This document shows, in pieces, positions 54,446-64,000 of a DNA stretch of 64,000 nucleotides (its first letter is position 1; each line of letters starts with the position of its first letter). The notes below the pieces were generated by a model that was not told the DNA's origin, made no database searches, and worked only from the letters and a program-made list of their open reading frames with translations. The DNA lies in NCBI GenBank assembly GCA_038087875.1, contig CM075994.1, positions 5,954,001-6,018,000 of the forward strand, in the 5' to 3' direction. Position numbers and translations under genes: made by a program. The DNA comes from Malacoraja senta. Taxonomy: Eukaryota.

Positions 54446-56779
54446 GTGAGAGTTGAACCTTCAAATAGCATTTTCCTCGTCAATGTCAGCTGCGTTATAG
54501 CATTCTAGCTTCTGCTACTGGTGAAGACATTGTGTTATTTCGTCCTTGTGAAAGATGTCTGATCAGAAAATAACAATATGTATATGGTGATGTCCTACCG
54601 TTTCCCCTTGTACCGCAATAATCAAATTAGAATTCGTATGCGGTAAGGAACATTTGACCGGACCAAAATATCCCAAAGAAAACTGACAAGTGTATCGCAT
54701 CGTTGATCAATTCCCTTTTAATTAACGTGGAAAGTTACATTTGGCCTATTGGAGCGCCTATGAGCATAAAATTAGGTCAAGATTGGTCAACTTAACTTGG
54801 GTTCCCCATGGGGAATGGAAGGTTATAAAATGTCAACGGAATTCAAAATGTGACATGCGTTTTCTTCACGCACAAGATAAAACAGAGACTAGATACTTGG
54901 AGAGCCAAGGGTTCTGAAACAATGGGGAAATAAAGTAAATATTACGTAGGTAGAAGGAAAAACAATATGATCAGCCATGATCATATTCAATGGCGGTGCA
55001 GGCTCGAAGGGCCGAATGGCCTACTCCTGCACCTATTTTCTATGTTTCTATGTTTTTAAAACGTAAATCGACATGAAAATGAATTCAAAATTCAAATATT
55101 TGAGGCTCCATCATTGTATTTCGACATAGGTAGCCGCGCAGAAAATGAAGGCTCCAGTAAACATAGTCCCATGCAACAGGCCTTAGAATGAACGAGAGCA
55201 TGTTGAATAGCGGTTTAAAAAAAAGCCCGAGCGTATTTAAAGCATGTAACCTATCACGAATACGTAGCAAAACCATTCTGGTGATGCTGAAATTCATTTG
55301 AATATTACAATCATCCACAGTTTTGTTTGCCAACCGTTCCGAATGCCTTGCTCTCACAGGATTGCCAGTAGGTGGAGATGTAGGCCAGTGATACATGTAA
55401 ACAAATGGTGAATCCTGTGCACTTCAATCCGTTTGCGACTGGTGGGGTTAGATATGCCACAGGTCTCAGAAGGGTTTAAGCGGTTCGTATAACGCGCCTG
55501 TTGCGTGGGGAAATTTACAGGCTTTAGTGTTGACTTAAATAATTTAAATATTTAAGAAGATGAGGAAAACATGTAGTCATGCACATTTGTGTTCGGAATT
55601 GACTAATAACAAACTGTCAAGTAATGCGAACACCGGAGAGGCACGGTGGCACAGTGGTAGAGTTGCTGCCATAAAACGCCAGAAAAACTGGATCGATCCT
55701 GACTACTTGTGCAGCCTGTCCGGAGTTTGTACTTGTTCCGTGATCTGCGTTGGCTTCCTCCGGCTGCTGCGGTTTCCTCCCACTTTCGAAAGACGTAGGA
55801 TAATTGATTTGGTAAATTTGTAAATGGTCCATAGTGTGTTGGATAATGTTCGCGTGCTGGTCCACGAGGGGTTGGTGACCCGAAGGGCCTGTATCCGCGC
55901 TGCATCATAAATTCGCGTTCTTTTATTTTCTCAATCAATCGAGCTCACGGAGAGAGCTCAAATTCGCAGACATGATATATCGGCGAAGTAACAAAAAGTT
56001 TAATTAAAACAGCGGTTCAGACAGCATCTCCGGAGAAAAGGAATAATTGATGTTTCGGATAGAGGTGGAGATCCTGTTTGACCGGCTGAAATGCTCCAAC
56101 CATTTGTGCCTTTCTTCGGTTTAAACCAGCATCGGCTGTTCGCTCCATTGTTGGCCAGTTCGTAATATCAGAACTGAACGAGGAGGAGGACTCAAATGCA
56201 GGCTCAGACACAGGGCAGATCAGTTTCCAGAGTTTAATCGGTCCAAGTCGGTACACAGGTAAGCAAAAACGGAGACAACAGTACAATCTAGGAGCAGGCA
56301 AAAACAGTGGTCGAAGACAGGCACTGGTCGAGATAACAAGGTCAAAAGATTTCTAGAGCTGGTACGAGGTGATACAAAGTAACATACACAACGAACTAGC
56401 AATGAGAACTAAAACACAAAGGGCTTAAATACACAGCCTAACAGGAGATAACGAGACACAGGTGAAACACATCAGGGCGGGGCCAACAATCACACGAGGG
56501 GAAACGACATGACAGGAAATGGGACCTGAAACGAGGGGAGATGTGAGACACCAAAATAAAACAAGAATGCAACGAATAATACTAAAAACAATAAGAAACT
56601 GAAACTAGACCAAACGTGAGACCTGACAGGATAGAGTGCAGTGCACTATTTGAAAAACTGTCGTATCTCTGTTTTTTTCTGCAGTAACATCGTTCTTTCC
56701 AACCATTCGCTGCTAAACAAAATAGTCGAGCTGAAATTAGTAAACATCAATATGATATAATGACGTATTTTCGGAACAG

Positions 56780-56806
56780 ATAAACTGCTGAAGCAAAAAG
56801 ACGAAG
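56780..56806 (+). CDS. 27-nt micro-exon A2, (D)KLLKQKDE
   Basis: Identical to A1 with the same splice sites. Confidence 0.72.
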
Positions 56807-58359
56807 GTAAGTGCATAACCTTATTTTACTTGCCGCCACCAGCAGTTCTTTTATTAAACCATAAGGTATCCCAACAATATTTAGTATTTAGATATCCATT
56901 TGTTGCTGATTTTATGGGGAATTGTAACAATTTGTTGTCCTCCTTTGTTATGGAATTTGCATGGTAAAATAAGTTGTTACATTCCCTTCAAAACATGATG
57001 TGTTTACAACTTTTTGTTATGGCAACGCATAGCATATTCACGTTAGTAAGTGAATGAAATTGGTGGCTACATGACAGTGCAAAATAATATTTTTATATTC
57101 GGAAGGAAAGCAATCCAATTCTGCTATTTATTGACATGTCAAACCATCATCATCATCAGAAAAGTAAGGAAAGGTGGCATGAATAAAGTTTTGGTGGAAA
57201 TATCAACTTTTCATTTGCAAAATGTGTTGCGATGTGAACAGTCAATTCTAATCCCTCTTCATAGCCTTTAATCAAAGAAAACTCACTGTGCCGCATTGCA
57301 CTAAGGTGTTGAAAGTGATGAAAGTGAAGGATATTAATTTAACACCTTAGTGCGATAGTACGGATCTCCGGTTAAAGTGAAATCAAACAGCATCCTGTTG
57401 CAAGGACAGAAGATGTATGCAAACAGTTGCATATTTTGTAACTTACATAATTCTTTGCTTTTAAACTCCACGCTACTCGGTCAGAGAATATTGTCCGAAT
57501 GTTTTATCGATTTAAATTCCCCGATTTGCACTGGTAAGTCAAGATAAAATTATTAATGTATCCTTAAACATTACAATTTAGGCCTATCAAAAATAGCCTT
57601 AACGGCACCTACCGAACCTTCTTTCACCAGCACCATTGGAACGTGTTCCAAGCAGTAACTATCATCTGTGTAAACGTTTCCTCCGCACATCTCCTTTCAT
57701 TTCCTTCCGCACCTCAAATATATGCTCAAACATTTGATATTTCCAATCTGGGGGGGAAATGATGATGACATTCTTTCGTGCCTGCACCATTCATCATACT
57801 GTATTCGTCTATATGGTCATCTCTCAACCTCCGACGATGCGGCGAAACAATCTAACAGTTTCCAACCTCTTTATAAAATGTAATCCAGAGAGCGCGGCCT
57901 GCTAAAACTCTTCTGCATCCTCTCAAAGCTTTCACTTTATTCATGCAATGTGGCGAACAAAACTGCACACAATACTCTAAATAGTCCCGACCAAAGGTAC
58001 AATGCTGCTACTTTGAGGGAACTATGGACTTAGATTCGGAGACCACTAAATGCATTAATGTTAACGATATTGTCACTTATTGCACATTCCCACGTTACAT
58101 TTGCTCTCTGAAAGTGCAACAGCTCACACACTCGGACTAAACTACTTATTCAATTTCTCCTCTAATGCCTGTTTCTGACCTATACACTAATTCATCCCTT
58201 GACAGCCATCTTCACTCTCCACACCTCCACCAATTGTTGTGTCGTCTGCATACCTACAAACCAAACCTTACAAACAAGAGAAATCTGAACAATTCCCGAT
58301 GCAAAACCCCACTGTCCACAGCTAACAATACAAATTTGTATTTTACATTTTCTATACAG

Positions 58360-58395
58360 AAATACTTGAATTAAAAAAACAAATTGAAGAAGCAG
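58360..58395 (+). CDS. 36-nt micro-exon B2, (E)ILELKKQIEEA
   Basis: Identical to B1 with the same splice sites. Confidence 0.75.
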
Positions 58396-60729
58396 GTGAG
58401 AGTTGAACCTTCAAATAGCATTTTCTCGTCAATGTCAGCTGCGTTATAGCATTCTAGCTTCTGCTACTGGTGAAGACATTGTGTTATTTCGTCCTTGTGA
58501 AAGATGTCTGATCAGAAAATAACAATATGTATATGGTGATGTCCTACCGTTTCCCCTTGTACCGCAATAATCAAATTAGAATTCGTATGCAGTAAGGAAC
58601 ATTTGACCGGACCAAAATATCCCAAAGAAAACTGACAAGTGTATCGCATCGTTGATCAATTCCCTTTTAATTAACGTGGAAAGTTACATTTGGCCTATTG
58701 GAGCGCCTATGAGCATAAAATTAGGTCAAGATTGGTCAACTTAACTTGGGTTCCCCATGGGGAATGGAAGGTTATAAAATGTCAACGGAATTCAAAATGT
58801 GACATGCGTTTTCTTCACGCACAAGATAAAACAGAGACTAGATACTTGGAGAGCCAAGGGTTCTGAAACAATGGGGAAATAAAGTAAATATTACGTAAGT
58901 AGAAGGAAAAACAATATGATCAGCCATGATCATATTCAATGGCGGTGCAGGCTCGAAGGGCCGAATGGCCTACTCCTGCACCTATTGTCTATGTTTCTAT
59001 GTTTTTAAAACGTAAATCGACATGAAAATGAATTCAAAATTCAAATATTTGAGGCTCCATCATTGTATTTCGACATAGGTAGCCGCGCAGAAAATGAAGG
59101 CTCCAGTAAACATAGTCCCATGCAACAGGCCTTAGAATGAACGAGAGCATGTTGAATAGCGGTTTAAAAAAAAGCCCGAGCGCATTTAAAGCATGTAACC
59201 TATCACGAATACGTAGCAAAACCATTCTGGTGATGCTGAAATTCATTTGAATATTACAATCATCCACAGTTTTCTTTGCCAACCGTTCCGAATGCCTTCC
59301 TCTCACAGGATTGCCAGTAGGTGGAGATGTAGGCCAGTGATACATGTAAACAAATGGTGAATCCTGTGCACTTCAATCCGTTTGCGACTGGTGGGGTTAG
59401 ATATGCCACAGGTCTCAGAAGGGTTTAAGCGGTTCGTATAACGCGCCTGTTGCGTGGGGAAATTTACAGGCTTTAGTGTTGACTTAAATAATTTAAATAT
59501 TTAAGAAGATGAGGAAAACATGTAGTCATGCACATTTGTGTTCGGAATTGACTAATAACAAACTGTCAAGTAATGCGAACACCGGAGAGGCACGGTGGCA
59601 CAGTGGTAGAGTTGCTGCCATAAAACGCCAGAAAAACTGGATCGATCCTGACTACTTGTGCAGCCTGTCCGGAGTTTGTACTTGTTCCGTGATCTGCGTT
59701 GGCTTCCTCCGGCTGCTGCGGTTTCCTCCCACTTTCGAAAGACGTAGGATAATTGATTTGGTAAATTTGTAAATGGTCCATAGTGTGTTGGATAATGTTC
59801 GCGTGCTGGTCCACGAGGGGTTGGTGACCCGAAGGGCCTGTATCCGCGCTGCATCATAAATTCGCGTTCTTTTATTTTCTCAATCAATCGAGCTCACGGA
59901 GAGAGCTCAAATTCGCAGACATGATATATCGGCGAAGTAACAAAAAGTTTAATTAAAACAGCGGTTCAGACAGCATCTCCGGAGAAAAGGAATAGTTGAT
60001 GTTTCGGATAGAGGTGGAGATCCTGTTTGACCGGCTGAAATGCTCCAACCATTTGTGTCTTTCTTCGGTTTAAACCAGCATCGGCTGTTCGCTCCATTGT
60101 TGGCCAGTTCGTAATATCAGAACTGAACGAGGAGGAGGACTCAAATGCAGGCTCAGACACAGGGCAGATCAGTTTCCAGAGTTTAATCGGTCCAAGTCGG
60201 TACACAGGTAAGCAAAAACGGAGACAACGGTACAATCTAGGAGCAGGCAAAAACCAGTGGACGAAGACAGGCACTGGTCGAGATAACAAGGTCAAAAGAT
60301 TTCTGGAGCTGGTACGAGGTGATACAAAGTAACATACACAACGAACTAGCAATGAGAACTAAAACACAAAGGGCTTAAATACACAGCCTAACAGGAGATA
60401 ACGAGACACAGGTGAAACACATCAGGGCGGGGCCAACAATCACACGAGGGGAAACGACATGACAGGAAATGGGACCTGAAACGAGGGGAGATGTGAAACA
60501 CCAAAATAAAACAAGAATGCAACGAATAATACTAAAAACAATAAGAAACTGAAACTAGACCAAACGTGAGACCTGACAGGATAGAGTGCAGTGCACTATT
60601 TGAAAAACTGTCGTATCTCTGTTTTTTTCTGCAGTAACATCGTTCTTTCCAACCATTCGCTGCTAAACAAAATAGTCGAGCTGAAATTAGTAAACATCAA
60701 TATGATATAATGACGTATTTTCGGAACAG

Positions 60730-60756
60730 ATAAACTGCTGAAGCAAAAAGACGAAG
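60730..60756 (+). CDS. 27-nt micro-exon A3, (D)KLLKQKDE
   Basis: Identical to A1/A2. Confidence 0.72.
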
Positions 60757-62314
60757 GTAAGTGCATAACCTTATTTTACTTGCCGCCACCAGCAGTTCTT
60801 TTCTTAAACCATAAGGTATCCCAACAATATTTAGTATTTAGATATCCATTTGTTGCTGATTTTATGGGGAATTGTAACAATTTGTTGTCCTCCTTTGTTA
60901 TGGAATTTGCATGGTAAAATAAGTTGTTACATTCCCTTCAAAACATGATGTGTTTACAACTTTTTGTTATGGCAACGCATAGCATATTCACGTTAGTAAG
61001 TGAATGAAATTGGTAGCTACATGACAGTGCAAAATAATATTTTTATATTCGGAAGGAAAGCAATCCAATTCTGCTATTTATTGGCATGTCAAACCATCAT
61101 CATCATCAGAAAAGTAAGGAAAGGTGGCATGAATAAAGTTTTGGTGGAAATATCAACTTTTCATTTGCAAAATGTGTTGCGATGTGAACAGTCAATTCTA
61201 ATCCCTCTTCATAGCCTTTAATCAAAGAAAACTCACTGTGCCGCATTGCACTAAGGTGTTGAAAGTGATGAAAGTGAATGATATTAATTTAACACCTTAG
61301 TGCGATAGTACGGATCTCCGGTTAAAGTGAAATCAAACAGCATCCTGTTGCAAGGACAGAAGATGTATGCAAACAGTTGTATATTTTGTAACTTACATAA
61401 TTCTTTGCTTTTAAACTCCACGTTACTCGGTCAGAGAATATTGTCCGAATGTTTTACCGATTTAAATTCCCCGATTTGCACTGGTAAGTCCAGATAAAAT
61501 TATTAATGTATCCTTAAACAATACAATTTAGGCCTATCAAAAATAGCCTTAACGGCACCTACCGAACCTTCTTTCACCAGCACCATTGGAACGTGTTCCA
61601 AGCAGTAACTATCATCTGTGTAAACGTTTCCTCCGCACATCTCCTTTCATTTCCTTCCGCACCTCAAATATATGCTCAAACATTTGATATTTCCAATCTG
61701 GGGGGGGGGGGAAATGATGATGACATTCTTCCGTGCCTGAGCCATTCATCATACTGTATTCGTCTATATGGTCATCTCTCAACCTCCAACGATGCTGCGA
61801 AACAATCGAACAGTTTCCAACCTCTTTATAAAATGTAATCCAGAGAGCGCGGCCTGCTAAAACTCTTCTGCATCCTATCAAAGCTTTCACTTTATTCATG
61901 TAATGTGGCGAACAAAACTGCACACAATACTCTAAATAGTCCCGACCAAAGGTACAATGCTGCTACTTTGAGGGAACTATGGACTTAGATTCCGAGACCA
62001 CTAAATGCATTAATGTTAACGATATTGTCACTTATTGCACATTCCCACGTTACATTTGCTCTCTGAAAGTGCAACAGCTCACACACTCGGACTAAACTAC
62101 TTATTCAATTTCTCCTCTAATGCCTGTTTCTGACCTATACACTAATTCATCCCTTGACAGCCTTCTTCACTCTCCACACCTCCACCAATTGTTGTGTCGT
62201 CTGCATACCTACAAACCAAACCTTACAAACAAGAGAAATCTGAACAATTCCCGATGCAAAACTCCACTGTCCACAGCTAACAATACAAATTTGTATTTTA
62301 CATTTTCTATACAG

Positions 62315-62350
62315 AAATACTTGAATTAAAAAAACACATTAAAGAAGCAG
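62315..62350 (+). CDS. 36-nt micro-exon B3, (E)ILELKKHIKEA
   Basis: Same splice sites; two substitutions relative to B1/B2. Confidence 0.72.
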
Positions 62351-62369
62351 GTGAGAGTTGAACCTTCAA

Positions 62370-63160
62370 GAAAAGTGCGGCGGCGCGGATTACTGCAGCG
62401 GCCCCTACAGCCCGTCTGTCTTTCTTTTTATTTTTGTCTAGTTAAATGTAGTTGTTTGTGGGGTTTTTTGTACTGTTTTAATTGTGTATATGTGGGGGGG
62501 GGGGGGGACTTTAAAAAAATCTCTTCCCTGCACGGGAGACCCGACCTTTTCCCTGTCGGGTCTCCGTTGTCGTTGGGGCCTAGCTCCGTGGAGCGGCCTC
62601 TGACCGGGACGACCTGGCGGCTCCAGTAGCGGAGCCTGTGGAGCTGCGGACTCACCATCGTGGGGCTGGCCGGCCTCGGAGCGCGGGGGGCGGTGGTGGC
62701 TCGCTGCTGCGGCCCGACTCCGGAGCTCCAGCTCCAGCTGCAGACCCGTGGACTGGGACATCGGGAGCTCGCGGGTCCGGGTGAGAGACCGCTTTCCGGA
62801 GCTCCCGCAACGCAACCTCTCTTTAATGTTAAAGCCGCGGGATATTCCAGCGCCCGCCGGGGGCTCCAACTTGGTGACTTTTGGGCCCGGAGCGAAGCTG
62901 TATATACCGCCCAGCGCGGCCTCAACGGCCGTGGGACTTAACATTGCCCGCCTGGGGCTTCAACATCGGGAGAAAATTGGTGCAGGGGAGAGAAAGGACT
63001 TTGCCTTCCATCACAGTGAGGAGGAGATTCACTGTGATGGATGTTTTTCTGTAAATTGAATTGTTGTGTGTCGTGTAGGAATTGTTTTATTTGTATGGCT
63101 GTGGAAACGGAGTTTCGTTTGAGCCTCTTTGAGGTTCAAATGACAAGGAATAAAATCAAA
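62370..63160 (+). mobile_element. Young GC-rich non-autonomous retroposon, present only in unit 3
   Basis: Absent from units 1 and 2 at ttcaa|atagc; catcacagtga..tcactgtgatg hairpin; LINE-like tail tttgagcctctttgaggttcaaatgac..aataaa. Confidence 0.8.
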
Positions 63161-64000
63161 AATAGCATTTTCTCGTCAATGTCAGCTGCGTTGTAGCATT
63201 CTAGCTTCTGCTACTGGTGAAGACATTGTGTTATTTCGTCCTTGTGAAAGATGTCTGATCAGAAAATAACAATATGTATATGGTGATGTCCCACCGTTTC
63301 CCCTTGTACCGTAATAATCAAATTAGAATTCGTATGCGGTAAGGAACATTTGACCGGACCAAAATATCCCAAAGAAAACTGACAAGTGTATCGCATCGTT
63401 GATCAATTCCCTTTTAATTAACGTGGAAAGTTACATTTGGCCTATTGGAGCTCCTATGAGCATAAAATTAGGCCAAGATTGGTCAATTTAACTTGGGTTC
63501 CCCATGGGGAATGGAAGGTTATAAAATGTCAACGGAATTCAAAATGTGACATGCGTTTTCTTCACGCACAAGATAAAACAGAGACTAGATACTTGGAGAG
63601 CCAAGGGTTCTGAAACAATGGGGAAATAAAGTAAATATTACGTAAATAGAAGGAAAAACAATATGATCAGCCATGATCATATTGAATGGCGGTGCAGGCT
63701 CGAAGGGCCGAATGGCCTACTCCTGCACCTATTTTCTATGTTTCTATGTTTCTAAAACGTAAATCGACATGAAAATGAATTCAAAATTCAAAAGTTTGAG
63801 GCTCCATCACTGTATTTCGACATACGAAGCCGCGCAGAAAATGAAGGCTCCAGTAAACATAGTCCCATGCAACAGGCCTTAGAATGAACGAGAGCATGTT
63901 GAATAGCGGTTTAAAAAAAAGCCCGAGCGTATTTAAAGCATGTAACCTATCACGAATACGTAGCAAAACCATTCTGGTGATGCTGAAATCCATTTGAATA

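Larger units (their letters stand above)
52214..56143 (+). repeat. 3.93-kb tandem repeat unit 1 (LTR + two micro-exons + old repeats)
   Basis: Collinear and highly similar to 56144-60092 and 60093-64000. Confidence 0.95.
56144..60092 (+). repeat. Tandem repeat unit 2 (contains LTR copy 56166-56628)
   Basis: Starts tccattgttggccagttcgtaatatcag; offset ~3930 from unit 1. Confidence 0.95.
60093..64000 (+). repeat. Tandem repeat unit 3 (LTR copy 60115-60578; runs off the window end)
   Basis: Collinear with units 1 and 2, plus a private ~790-bp insertion. Confidence 0.95.

Noticed and set aside
62351..63059. Overlapping 90-170 aa ORFs
   Set aside because: Fall in the GC-rich non-coding retroposon; no recognisable domain

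Overview
Vertebrate genomic DNA, most likely a cartilaginous fish (skate/ray-like; inferred from the CR1, V-SINE, Penelope-derived and Rex repeat complement). Most of the window is transposon-derived: a foldback MULE-like element, two young 5'-truncated L1s, many CR1 fragments, a BEL/Pao element, a Gypsy element partly tandem-duplicated, and a full-length sushi-type chromovirus. Hidden between the repeats, and invisible to the ORF track, is a + strand host gene built from phase-1 micro-exons of 18-36 nt. These splice into an open coiled-coil peptide (...EPDRLKKALVDI-DVLVETNA-ELEKLIVES-MKQMLGKDM-EIEFLKLKMSN-KSRSDM-EIRYLRKQM-DMEGLRASTDDV-[DKLLKQKDE-EILELKKQIEEA]n...). The gene appears to be growing in two ways. 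(i) An L1 insertion with a ~1.2-kb target-site duplication copied one exon. (ii) A ~3.95-kb tandem repeat (at least 3 units) carries a 27+36-nt exon pair per unit, exactly three heptads. Other oddities: a second L1 with a 138-bp TSD, an in-frame CR1/L1 RT junction at a nearly homologous position, and a tRNA-Asp-like sequence in the BEL 3' UTR. All exon calls are by-eye predictions and need RNA-seq confirmation.
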